Shown here: in pieces, positions 8,350-17,642 of the stretch
Numbering within the stretch: the first letter of the stretch is position 1
Layout: each line of letters starts with the position of its first letter
From: a virus
IMG/VR virus record: IMGVR_UViG_3300045988_125828
Coordinates: 4,999 to 68,998 of that record
Direction: 5' to 3' (one strand)
DNA length: 64,000 bases
The notes under the pieces: model-generated
Database searches by the model: none
The model's input: only the letters and a program-made list of their open reading frames with translations
What the model was told of the DNA's origin: nothing
Translations under genes and position numbers: made by a program

Positions 8350-9759
8350 CTATCTGCAAGTTATATTCACTGTCTGAACATCCATAGTTACGAATGAACC
8401 TTTATTGTCAGAGGTAGCCTCAAAGACCAAATAAGAAGCGGTGCCGGACCTTAACAGGCTGCTGAAAACCAAATAGAACTCCTGATACTGTCCCTCGGTT
8501 GAAGAAGGCTCTATATATATCTGACTGATATTCTGCAAAGAACTATTTGCGGGTTGTCCGAACTGGCTGCTTTGATATGTTCCGGCCACAACAGAGCATC
8601 TTATTTTTATGGTCCCTTCTCCTGAAGAAGGCGTGAACGATGAGTTTTCAGGAATAATGTACATCCCCTTCGCCTTACGCTCTATCTTCATCCTTACACA
8701 AAAATATCTTGTGCCTGAAAAAGAGAAAGTAAGGTCGCTGTCTCTTGAATACCAAGTAGGATTAACCAACGTAAACGCCACATAGGTAAGGCTTGCCCGG
8801 CGGCTGAAATAGTTTACTATGCTAATCCTTTTGAAAAACGGAGTATCGCTGCCATTCCATGGAGCTACAATGCCCGTTCCGCCCTCGGCACTTCCACTTG
8901 AGCTTATTTTCTGAACACCCATACATACATACAGCGACCGCCCGACAAGCTGGCTTGTATTCTGCATTATCTGCGAAAGCTGGATCTTTATATATTCTGC
9001 CCAGTCGGTAACGTTTGCAATATCTTGCCCTGATATTTGTTTGTAAGTCGGAGCGTCCATTACATAAAAAGGCATACCCGTTTCCAAGTAGCATTCAACA
9101 ACAAACCTATATCCGGAAGATGTCGTAAAAAAGTCCCTGAAATTAAAATCGGACCCCGAATTTATCATGCAAAAAGCAGTGAAGCTATCTTCATCAAACA
9201 TATTCAGTTCCGACTTATAATTAGTTATGCCTGTTGTAAACGGCTGGACAGCCGCGGTATTGTACCCTTTGAAATCACCAAGTCGGTAAGGCTCACCCTG
9301 TCCGCCTCTCGGAAGCTGATATTCCCAGTTGGGGTAATTTGCTTGAGAAGGGTTTGTGGTAATTTCATAAGCCATTTTATTGAAATACACATATCCCGCC
9401 TTCAATGTTGGGGTAACCATTCCCCACATACACCCGTCCGCACGTGTAGGGTCTGTGCTATAATCAAGGTTGAAGTTTGTTGCCTTTCGGTAAGGTTTGT
9501 ACTTGGCCCACTTGTTGATGTTAGCCCTCGTTTGGAAGAATGTTATCACCTCATTAGTGACACTTCCCCCCGCAGCGTTCAGTATGTCACGTATGTTACC
9601 TGCAAGGTTGACATTGGAATCAGGTACAATAGCCATATCATACCTCCTTCCGTATAATGGTGATACCACCAGTAACAGCAATAGACATATCACTGTCACC
9701 GTTAATCTCGTAGTCGCCATGTACGACCCTGTCCGCTTCATATAGGCTTTCATCTGCAT
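8350..9759 (-). CDS. receptor-binding/tail-fibre-like protein, paralog B
   Basis: N-terminal region (NIRDILNAAGGSVTNEVITFFQTRANINKWAKYKP...PYRLGDFKGY) is homologous to the 11146-12315 product. Probable true start is ATG 9636 (MAIVPDSN), preceded by AGGAGG at 9643-9648. Confidence 0.6.
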   Translation of the reverse strand: MQMKAYMKRTGSYMATTRLTVTVICLLLLLVVSPLYGRRYDMAIVPDSNVNLAGNIRDILNAAGGSVTNEVITFFQTRANINKWAKYKPYRKATNFNLDYSTDPTRADGCMWGMVTPTLKAGYVYFNKMAYEITTNPSQANYPNWEYQLPRGGQGEPYRLGDFKGYNTAAVQPFTTGITNYKSELNMFDEDSFTAFCMINSGSDFNFRDFFTTSSGYRFVVECYLETGMPFYVMDAPTYKQISGQDIANVTDWAEYIKIQLSQIMQNTSQLVGRSLYVCMGVQKISSSGSAEGGTGIVAPWNGSDTPFFKRISIVNYFSRRASLTYVAFTLVNPTWYSRDSDLTFSFSGTRYFCVRMKIERKAKGMYIIPENSSFTPSSGEGTIKIRCSVVAGTYQSSQFGQPANSSLQNISQIYIEPSSTEGQYQEFYLVFSSLLRSGTASYLVFEATSDNKGSFVTMDVQTVNITCR

Positions 9760-9873
9760 AACAATTCCAATTAGAGGATTTTACCCCCCCCCTCGCAAGT
9801 TGTTGATAACAAATAGATTACCAACAACCAACAAATCAACCTTTACCTTTTTCATGACACAACCCCTTCTTGA

Positions 9874-10338
9874 TTACTGAACCATTACTTCTTGAATTTT
9901 GATTATATCATCTACCTTGAAGTCATTGCTGGAGATGAATTTACCGAAGGCATCTTCTGATAGTTTTTCATACTCCAATTCATGCTTTCTTTCCGTTTCT
10001 TCTTTCAGGCACTCTTCCAACTTCTTGTAGTATTCTTTGAAGAACTTGTTGATTTCCCTACGCTCATCTTCTGCCAAAGTGGTTTTATCACCGTCCTTTT
10101 GCCATTGCTGGGCTTTCTTCTGCATCTCCTCGAAGTTTTCCCCCTTTAGCTTTTCCTGCGCGTCTTTCTGAAAATCGTCAAAGTCGGCCGCAATAGGTTT
10201 GAGTTTTCTTACTGCCTTAATCACAATGAATTTATCCTTATCTTCCATTTTGGTAAGTTTGCTATCATTAAGGAGCTTATATACCGACAGGACGGTGTCT
10301 GTTGTAATTTCATTTTTTGATTTTTTATTTTCGCTCAT
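9874..10338 (-). CDS. hypothetical acidic coiled-coil protein
   Basis: 154-aa Lys/Glu-rich ORF between the two fibre paralogs. Confidence 0.55.
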   Translation of the reverse strand: MSENKKSKNEITTDTVLSVYKLLNDSKLTKMEDKDKFIVIKAVRKLKPIAADFDDFQKDAQEKLKGENFEEMQKKAQQWQKDGDKTTLAEDERREINKFFKEYYKKLEECLKEETERKHELEYEKLSEDAFGKFISSNDFKVDDIIKIQEVMVQ

Positions 10339-10370
10339 TTTATTATTCTTTTAATGGTTATACGATTAGA

Positions 10371-10706
10371 TTACGGCAATGAAACAGACTGTGCGGTAGC
10401 TACCTTAGCTTTCGTGTCGGTGATAAAAGTGTTGACGGCCGCGGTAATCTCGCACTGTTCCTGCCTTTCTCCTACGTTATGGTTGATGCTTAGGTTCTCG
10501 TTGCCGTAGCTGTTGAAAGTAGCCACCTGTGAGCCGTCTTTCTTCACTGTGCCTGAATTGATATTGTTCACCACACCGTTGTTAACCTCTGCATCCGCTT
10601 CAATGTCATAGACCTTAGACGCGTCTACGGAGTTATTTACTCTTATTGTTGCTCTCACTACTTTTTCATAAGCCACTTTTTCTGCGGCGGTTGTTGATGT
10701 ACTCAT
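10371..10706 (-). CDS. hypothetical protein
   Basis: 111-aa Asn/Val/Thr-rich ORF. Confidence 0.5.
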   Translation of the reverse strand: MSTSTTAAEKVAYEKVVRATIRVNNSVDASKVYDIEADAEVNNGVVNNINSGTVKKDGSQVATFNSYGNENLSINHNVGERQEQCEITAAVNTFITDTKAKVATAQSVSLP

Positions 10707-10728
10707 AACTTTTGTTTTTATTGGTTTA

Positions 10729-11118
10729 CTATTCGATTGTTATCATATTGTCATTTGCATCTACTTGAAGCCCAATAATTTTCATTTGGGAAAGGCCGAT
10801 GATGCCCAGTATCTCTATCCCGGTCTCACGCTCTATGCTGTTTCTCACGCCTGATATGTCGGTAATGAGGAACTGCGGAATATCTTTCCCGCCAAACCGC
10901 ACAAGCGTATTGCAGTAATACACATCTTCCATTTCACCGCCTGCACCAACAAGAGAGCCGGGGTATTTGCGCCCTCTCACGATGTCGAACTTCTTCACCT
11001 TGTCCTCGGCAATAAGCCCGACACTCGCACCTGTATCGATAAGGAAAAAGCCTTTCTTCCCGTTTACCTCGGCTTCAATGATAAGCCGCTTGTCTGATAA
11101 TGATTTGAACTGTTTCAT
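10729..11118 (-). CDS. retropepsin-like (clan AA) aspartic protease
   Basis: FFLIDTGASVGLI carries the D-T-G-A catalytic motif. The 129-aa single-lobe size and the later ILGIIGL flap-like segment fit retropepsin-type proteases. Confidence 0.7.
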   Translation of the reverse strand: MKQFKSLSDKRLIIEAEVNGKKGFFLIDTGASVGLIAEDKVKKFDIVRGRKYPGSLVGAGGEMEDVYYCNTLVRFGGKDIPQFLITDISGVRNSIERETGIEILGIIGLSQMKIIGLQVDANDNMITIE

Positions 11119-11145
11119 GGTCTTTTATTAAGTTAATAATACGTC

Positions 11146-12315
11146 TTAAAACGAACCGCTTGCTGGCGGTGTGTTGCTTATATTCAGTGATTTGGTTATC
11201 TCATTTCCTGTATATGAAACATACAAATACCAATAGCCATACACATTCGTCTTGGTAGTGGTGTAGAAATTGTTGTTAGTAAATGAGGTAATCGTTTTTG
11301 TCTCACCGGGTGCAATTGATATACTGGTTGAGCCGACATTCCATATTGACACATTCGAGACATTAGTCATGTTGCTTCCACTGAATGAGCATCTAAGGCC
11401 TGAAACACTTGTACTAATATTGCCATTGTTCTTAATTACGATACTGGTTAAATATAGCCTGTATCCGTTGCCATAGTCTGCTCTCGCATAGTTGGCGGTA
11501 ACCACCAACTGTGCTGCCTGCTTAACTATGGTGACTGTCGAGATAGACATTGTAAGTGGAAGACATTTTACCGTTTGATAACCGTTCCCGTCAGGATTTG
11601 GAAGCGAACTCGATTCAATGAGGAACGGCATTAACTTATAGGTTCCATAACAGTTCCTATCATTGATAGTAATAGCAGTCTCATGGTCTCCACCCTCTGT
11701 ATGGGTATGGACTTTTACCTGTTCGATAGCATAGAACGTTCCGTTGTCCCCTTTAAGGATTACTCCGAGATAGCAGTTATCTGCTGACAGAATCAATGTT
11801 CCGTACGGGTCTCTATTGTCAAGATAGGATATGTTCAGCCAATTTGGATGTGAACTTTTTCCCCTCAGATTGACATATACCGCTACCCATGTATTGCTTC
11901 CGCCCATTGTTAAGTTTGTTTTGCTGGACGGATATATAGGTGCGTCCGCGGCTCCGTCATAGCCCCTGAAATCATCTAACCTGTAAGGTGAGGAAGTGCC
12001 ACCAGTTGGCCTATCATATGTGTAGTACGCTGAAAGCTCCGCACTTGTCCTGTCGATGAATGCCTTGCAAGCGCCGAACTCGGTTTGCCATGGTATGTTT
12101 CCGATGCCATAGTTCTTGGTTGCCCTCTCTGCATCCGTCAAGTCGAAGTTTTTTGCGTAATTTATAGGCTTATACTTCGCCCATTTCCTAATATTAGCAG
12201 CATCTGTAAAGAACGTTAAGCAGTCATTAGAAACACTCCCTCCGTATGCGTTGAGCGTATCGCGTATATCCTCTGTTTTAAGGTTTGTACTCGGTAATAT
12301 ATTATACACTGCCAT
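11146..12315 (-). CDS. receptor-binding/tail-fibre-like protein, paralog A
   Basis: EDIRDTLNAYGGSVSNDCLTFFTDAANIRKWAKYKP...PYRLDDFRGY aligns with paralog B. The C-terminal halves differ. The start overlaps the stop of the 1540-aa fibre gene. Confidence 0.6.
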   Translation of the reverse strand: MAVYNILPSTNLKTEDIRDTLNAYGGSVSNDCLTFFTDAANIRKWAKYKPINYAKNFDLTDAERATKNYGIGNIPWQTEFGACKAFIDRTSAELSAYYTYDRPTGGTSSPYRLDDFRGYDGAADAPIYPSSKTNLTMGGSNTWVAVYVNLRGKSSHPNWLNISYLDNRDPYGTLILSADNCYLGVILKGDNGTFYAIEQVKVHTHTEGGDHETAITINDRNCYGTYKLMPFLIESSSLPNPDGNGYQTVKCLPLTMSISTVTIVKQAAQLVVTANYARADYGNGYRLYLTSIVIKNNGNISTSVSGLRCSFSGSNMTNVSNVSIWNVGSTSISIAPGETKTITSFTNNNFYTTTKTNVYGYWYLYVSYTGNEITKSLNISNTPPASGSF

Positions 12316-15300
12316 TATGCTGCCCTCCTTTCCAGTTCGCTAACGCGGTTCTTTAGTTCTTCATTCTCACGTTTTAATCTCTCTATCTCTGTTTCGTGTC
12401 TGCCAAAATCCTCTATCAAAAATCTTTGGAAATGCTTTGCCATAGACAGTACACATGTAGTTGCAAGCACATCATAACTCATTGTGAAGAAGCCCTCATT
12501 GTCTGTGTCTGTCACCTGTGGAAGAAATACGTTCCAATACTGGGCGCTCGTTCCTGCTCTGACCTTGCATTTTTCATCCGTCTTGAAAGTGTAATCGAAA
12601 AGGTCAGCGTTTGCCATTACGTCAAGAGGTACGATGATGCTGTTCAGGACGTTCTTCTTTCTTAAGTCGGAGTACATTGTTATTCCGCCAGTGGTAAGGA
12701 AATTGCCGTACAATTGCCATGTCTGACCGCCCCAGTCATGCCATTCTCCAGTAGAATCACAAGGCCCTAAGCGAACCAAGCTGTCACTTCCGCCTGAGCC
12801 AATTCCTGCCATATAACTGCCGGGCTTGTCAAACGAAAAGGCAGCGGCGTTATTATTGGTAGTGTATCTATATCCGAAAATTGTCCCGTTACATTGAAAA
12901 TGTTTATTATTATACACCTTTACCCAAGTGCTATCTGTCATGTGTATACCGCCGTCGTAGGATTCGTTATACCAGCCCTGATTACCGTTTGTTCTAAGCC
13001 AACCATTTGATGCTAAAATATCTCCAGCTACATGAAGCTTACGACTTGGCGATGTAGTGCCTATGCCGACGTTGCCGCCACCCATACAGCAAATTAAGTT
13101 GTTAGGAGAAACATGCTGCAAATACAGAACACTGTTATAATTATTTATCTCACTACCTCTTCCGCTATCATTTCCGTTGTTATCTGTCTCAATGCAGATA
13201 TTAGCAAATTTAGCTCCTCCTGTTACATTGCTTGTACCGTCAAAAGGCTTGCTGAATATTGTGCGAGGGGTTACAAGCCTAGTTGCCGAAGCTACATTAT
13301 CACTAATACAAGCTAATGTCTTTTGCCAATAATTATTCTCAGTTGTACCAAAAATAATCGGGTTACTGCCTAACGGAAAGTATACACCTGTTGAGTATCC
13401 TGGATATCCTTCTTCATTTATTCCACTATTACAATACACTTGTATCTGCATATTACCTAATGTATTAGGATGTCCGACTCCAATAAATAAAGAGTCATCA
13501 GCCCCAGTATTAACATTATTATAACACCAGCCTAATACCTTTCTTAAATAGACGTTAGCATCAGTAGAACCAAATTCATTGTAATCAGGGAAGCCAATTT
13601 GACGCATCACTCTATCTCCTACATTACCAAGATGTTTACCGTCCAACAAATCCGCATCCATCCCTGAACCTGAACCATCGTTGCCGGCATCCCATATCTT
13701 ATTACCAAGTCTTGTTAATGTGCCGTCTTTCGCAACGTTAAACAAAGCTCCAAGACTTATATCATCCTCATTTAGCACTCTGAATACAGAACCATTATCA
13801 CCTGCACCGAATGCTGTAACACAATCATTTGTTATGGCTAATCCTCCAAAGTCACTGGGCACGTCATATCCGTTAGTCTGTATGTATAGAGCCTTAGTGT
13901 TGTTAGCAGCACTAATATCGTGCATAACAATACCACTAATAGTAGCATCTCTATAACCTATGATATAAGCTGCACCTGAATTAGCAGAAGACCTACCATA
14001 AATATCAGAATCATTTGACATTAGCAATGTCCCCGTCATCGTATCCCCTGCCTTGTTGACGTAGCGGTTATCCAGTTCGCCTGCGTAATTGCCTATGTGG
14101 AGAATGGTATTACTATCAATGGCCCAACGGTCACCATAGTAACCAAATTTAGACAGCGAGTTACCCGTCTTATTTCTAACGTCTATGATAGCAAAATTTT
14201 CATCATCTAATGATTTAAAAGCTAACATAGTATCGAATGCGGTTGATATATATACAGTAGTTGCAAATTCCTTAATCCCGTATATCTCTTGAGCAGTGTC
14301 AATTGTTACCGCATCCGTAATCCCATATCCCCCCAGCGTAGTAGGATGAGAGGACAACTCACTGAACGAATAACTCGGCTTGTTCGGCTGCTTGGCCCAA
14401 GAATACACGTCACTTGCTGGCAATGTGGTGGGGTAATTAGGCAATGTAATAAGCTTTGTTTCCTCGTTCGGGGAATATGTTGTGCCGTTAAGGATAATCC
14501 CGTCTACCGAACCACCTCCAACACCGCCTATTACGCTTAATACACCACCCTCTTTGGATAATGTGGTTTCATCTATCGGAAGCGCGTCAAGAATGGTTGA
14601 TGCCGTATGACTGCCTTGTGCAAACATGGTAAGACTACCTGTCAAAATCAAATCACCGTCTAACTCAACCACTCCGTCAGAATGCTTCTTCACAAGTATA
14701 TCACCGATATTCAAGCCGTTTATGAACGACTTGATACCTGTAATGTCCTGTGCACCCGATTTGGTTACGTAATCGGCTAATAGCCCGGATATGTCGTTTT
14801 TGGTGTATGCGTCTGTGATGCCATAGCCCGCAAGGGTGGTAGGCTTATTCTGTATCTCACTGAAATTATAGGTCGGTTTGGTGGCGCCTATCCATGAGGG
14901 TTTGTCCGAAACATTCTCCCAATTGGTAGGGAACACTGACGGTTTACCGCCAATTTCATCCCATGAGTAAGAGGGCTTTGTACTACCTATCCAGCTGGGT
15001 TTTCCTGATATGTTGCCCCATTCAAGCGAAGTCGGATAATTAGGCAAGGTGATTATTCCGTCCTCATTAGGAGTGTAAGTATTACCGTTAACCACTATAC
15101 CATTGGCAGTACCCTTTCCACCTGTTGCGACAAGCTTTCCGTCAACCCACTGTATTGTCACACCGTCTATTGGGAGACCTTCGTAGATTGAAGGTACTTG
15201 AACGTCTGCGCCTGCGTACATGGTTACTCCGTAGGCGGTAATCAACGGTTTGGTTAAGAACAAGTATTCCTTTCCGTTATCGTCAACCCTCTCTTCAAGA

Positions 15301-16937
15301 TTTCTGTCCCAAACTACTTTGTCGAGCTTCTTTCTATATTGTTTGCTTAGTTCGCTTTGTGATGAAAACTTATTATTTACAGATGTTTCAATCTCGCTAA
15401 TCTGTCCTTGTATTCTTTCAAGGGTGCTTGCGCTTGGCTTATTGTTTAGTGTTACTTCAAATGTTGGTATTAGTCCCTCGCCCTCTTTTATAGAGAGAGA
15501 CTGTATTATCACGTTCTCATGGTCTATCCCCATTTCGGGATCATTCACAGTAAGCCGCTTACCTTCCATTATTTCATTATAGAAGTTAGCGTTTCTTGCC
15601 ATGAAAATTTCGTCAACGCCTATGTTGTAAGAGTAGTTTGTACTACTGTATTTGGCAAGATACTCTTTAGCCCTTTCCAATAACCTGTTTTCGGCAGCAC
15701 GAATATATTCTTGTGGCATAAGTATGTTCAGAAGAACAAACTTGTCCCCAGCTTTCATATTCCAGTCCTTGTTAGGAACGGTGAAATTATCTGTATCCGC
15801 TTCTTCAAGGGTGTTTCTTCCAAGAGTAAGCGTATAGCTACCGTCCGAAGCTCTGACTATTTTTGTGATAGTAAAGGCATATCCCTGCAATGCACCACTC
15901 TTCATAGAGAGTTGCGCTTCGTCAGTTGTAAGGCTTTCGTTTAAGTCAAATCCCAAGTCATAAAGCTGTACCGTAAAAGTGGGTTGCGTTTCACTTGTTA
16001 TTGCGTCAACACTCTTTATCTCGTCAATAGCCTGTCCAGCAGAGTTCTTCATCCCTGTGATAGAGGGATAAATATCGTCATAGGTCATCACGCCCTCGCG
16101 AATCCCGTATTTGGCTATTGCCTCTTCCGAAGCCAGCACAAAGTCGGTAACTCCGTCAGTCTTAAAACTTGGCAGCATAAGACGAAGAGGAGATAAGGCG
16201 TAGTTGGCGGGGAGAACACTGTCAGTCCATTCAGGCTTTTTCGGATAACTGTAATCAAGGTTTCTTGTACCGCCATAGGCTCGTAACTTAGTTACAATTC
16301 CTGTGTCTGCATCAGATATTCGTTCAATCTCATATAATCCCTTACCTTTGCCGTATTCAAAAACATTATTCACTACCGGTTCCGCACCGCCAATGGTAAC
16401 GCTTCTTCCTTTTACGAAATAATTCAGCTTGTATTCTGTGTTTACAAGAGAAAGAGCGCTCCAGCAGTTTTGGTTACTCATGGAGATGTTCTTTTCCTCG
16501 CTGTCTACGCCATCTGCAAGGGTTATGCTCCATATATCTTTCCCGTACATGGCGTCCAAGCATGCCTGTATTCTTTCTGCAAGATACTTGACCGTTCCGG
16601 TAAACTCAACAACTAAAGGAGTAGGGTAGACTATTCCGTTGTCGCTGGGAACAATATTACGCATCATGCACCTTTCAAGTTCGTATTTCAGAGAAACGAA
16701 ATTAAGGTCATAACTGTATTGATGCTTTGATATTTTCTTTACCGTAGGAAGAAGTTCCAGTTCAAACCGTTCTCCTCTATAATCTATGTAATCAAATATT
16801 TCGAAGTTGATTTTGGCATCAGATATAAAAGTCGATGTGCATGCGCGTTCCGCCATGAAAACCCCGGTGTACTCCAGCTTATCCAGTACACATCTGACTG
16901 TTTGTCCGTCCTTGCTATATACCGTAAACCGTCCCAT
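12315..16937 (-). CDS. tail tip / tail fibre protein with C-terminal intramolecular-chaperone-like domain
   Basis: 1540 aa, follows the Dit-like gene. Internal repeats (KPSWIGSTKPSYSW, KPSWIGATKPTYNF, NKPSYSFSE, each near GYGITDA). C-terminal YSDLRKK... plus a coiled coil resembles the peptidase S74 auto-cleaving chaperone. Confidence 0.85.
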   Translation of the reverse strand: MGRFTVYSKDGQTVRCVLDKLEYTGVFMAERACTSTFISDAKINFEIFDYIDYRGERFELELLPTVKKISKHQYSYDLNFVSLKYELERCMMRNIVPSDNGIVYPTPLVVEFTGTVKYLAERIQACLDAMYGKDIWSITLADGVDSEEKNISMSNQNCWSALSLVNTEYKLNYFVKGRSVTIGGAEPVVNNVFEYGKGKGLYEIERISDADTGIVTKLRAYGGTRNLDYSYPKKPEWTDSVLPANYALSPLRLMLPSFKTDGVTDFVLASEEAIAKYGIREGVMTYDDIYPSITGMKNSAGQAIDEIKSVDAITSETQPTFTVQLYDLGFDLNESLTTDEAQLSMKSGALQGYAFTITKIVRASDGSYTLTLGRNTLEEADTDNFTVPNKDWNMKAGDKFVLLNILMPQEYIRAAENRLLERAKEYLAKYSSTNYSYNIGVDEIFMARNANFYNEIMEGKRLTVNDPEMGIDHENVIIQSLSIKEGEGLIPTFEVTLNNKPSASTLERIQGQISEIETSVNNKFSSQSELSKQYRKKLDKVVWDRNLEERVDDNGKEYLFLTKPLITAYGVTMYAGADVQVPSIYEGLPIDGVTIQWVDGKLVATGGKGTANGIVVNGNTYTPNEDGIITLPNYPTSLEWGNISGKPSWIGSTKPSYSWDEIGGKPSVFPTNWENVSDKPSWIGATKPTYNFSEIQNKPTTLAGYGITDAYTKNDISGLLADYVTKSGAQDITGIKSFINGLNIGDILVKKHSDGVVELDGDLILTGSLTMFAQGSHTASTILDALPIDETTLSKEGGVLSVIGGVGGGSVDGIILNGTTYSPNEETKLITLPNYPTTLPASDVYSWAKQPNKPSYSFSELSSHPTTLGGYGITDAVTIDTAQEIYGIKEFATTVYISTAFDTMLAFKSLDDENFAIIDVRNKTGNSLSKFGYYGDRWAIDSNTILHIGNYAGELDNRYVNKAGDTMTGTLLMSNDSDIYGRSSANSGAAYIIGYRDATISGIVMHDISAANNTKALYIQTNGYDVPSDFGGLAITNDCVTAFGAGDNGSVFRVLNEDDISLGALFNVAKDGTLTRLGNKIWDAGNDGSGSGMDADLLDGKHLGNVGDRVMRQIGFPDYNEFGSTDANVYLRKVLGWCYNNVNTGADDSLFIGVGHPNTLGNMQIQVYCNSGINEEGYPGYSTGVYFPLGSNPIIFGTTENNYWQKTLACISDNVASATRLVTPRTIFSKPFDGTSNVTGGAKFANICIETDNNGNDSGRGSEINNYNSVLYLQHVSPNNLICCMGGGNVGIGTTSPSRKLHVAGDILASNGWLRTNGNQGWYNESYDGGIHMTDSTWVKVYNNKHFQCNGTIFGYRYTTNNNAAAFSFDKPGSYMAGIGSGGSDSLVRLGPCDSTGEWHDWGGQTWQLYGNFLTTGGITMYSDLRKKNVLNSIIVPLDVMANADLFDYTFKTDEKCKVRAGTSAQYWNVFLPQVTDTDNEGFFTMSYDVLATTCVLSMAKHFQRFLIEDFGRHETEIERLKRENEELKNRVSELERRAA

Positions 16938-17407
16938 TAGATCGAAAGTGTTATTGGTGTTTGAGGGTCAGTAACCCGGAATGTAACACTGAACGTCAAC
17001 ACATCTCCCTCGTCAGTCTTGCGAACGAAAAGATCCGGTTCTACGGATTTGTAGTAGACACTCTGCCTGCCTATCTTGGTGTAGGTATCGTAAACCTTAA
17101 GCTCTGCACCGGAATTGTCTTTGCCGGAAAGGTAATCCAAGAAGCCAATCACCTTTTCATTAGCTGTATCCATTTCTCCCTTGTATGCAAATTCCACGTC
17201 AAGATCATAGGCTTGCATGTAAAGTTTATCAGGGATAAATGTATCCTCTCCGTCCTCGTCTTTCCAGTCTCTCTTCGGCAGCTCTTTAGTTTCTCCGTAA
17301 ACAGCAAACGGAAAGTCCTTGCACACAACTCCCCATTGGGACTTTGTATCAATAACAGGACTTCCCGGCTTACTCTTTTGAAAATAGATACTGTAAAGCT
17401 TTGCCAT
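16937..17407 (-). CDS. distal tail protein (Dit)-like
   Basis: 156 aa, immediately upstream of the tail tip gene with an overlapping stop/start. Assigned by position. Confidence 0.45.
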   Translation of the reverse strand: MAKLYSIYFQKSKPGSPVIDTKSQWGVVCKDFPFAVYGETKELPKRDWKDEDGEDTFIPDKLYMQAYDLDVEFAYKGEMDTANEKVIGFLDYLSGKDNSGAELKVYDTYTKIGRQSVYYKSVEPDLFVRKTDEGDVLTFSVTFRVTDPQTPITLSI

Positions 17408-17430
17408 GTGTTATCTTGAGTTTGTGTTGT

Positions 17431-17479
17431 AAAAAAACAAAAAGAGCCAACTAACGGGAATACCGTTAATCAGCTCTTT
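17431..17479 (-). terminator. promoter-proximal intrinsic terminator T2 (homolog of T1 at 31217-31261)
   Basis: Minus strand reads CAAGCCAAAGAGCTGATTAACGG-TATTC-CCGTTAGTTGGCTCTTTTTGTTTTTTT, a long helix plus U-tract. The flanks are conserved with T1 and the inner helix covaries. Confidence 0.65.
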
Positions 17480-17498
17480 GGCTTGTTCAATGTTGATG

Positions 17499-17553
17499 CA
17501 AATATATAGAATATATTCTAAATAATCAATACAAAAACATAGAAAATAGATGA
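17499..17553. promoter_or_regulatory. divergent promoter/operator cassette
   Basis: Minus-strand -7 box TATATTTG (17499-17506) abuts the perfect palindrome TAGAATATATTCTA (17507-17520). Plus-strand TAGAAAATAGATGA at 17540-17553 is identical to the motif at 31545-31558. Confidence 0.5.
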
Positions 17554-17642
17554 TTTTTCTCAAGTGATTCGGATAATAAAAGGGTGGATGTGTTTTATAA
17601 CATACTGTGTATTACAACAACGTGGGTTAATTATAACGACCT

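Noticed and set aside
9637-9759. Hydrophobic N-terminal extension (signal-peptide-like) of fibre paralog B
   Set aside because: Paralog A aligns from the internal Met (9636), which has an AGGAGG sequence 6 nt upstream. The extension is probably untranslated.
12396-16629. Plus-strand ORFs inside the 1540-aa tail fibre gene, plus 16961-17419 and 17149-17352 over the Dit-like gene
   Set aside because: These are antisense or out-of-frame artefacts of long genuine genes.
8350-16937. Diversity-generating retroelement acting on the fibre genes
   Set aside because: No reverse transcriptase ORF occurs anywhere in the window, and I could not find a template/variable repeat pair by eye. A computational repeat search would be needed to exclude it formally.
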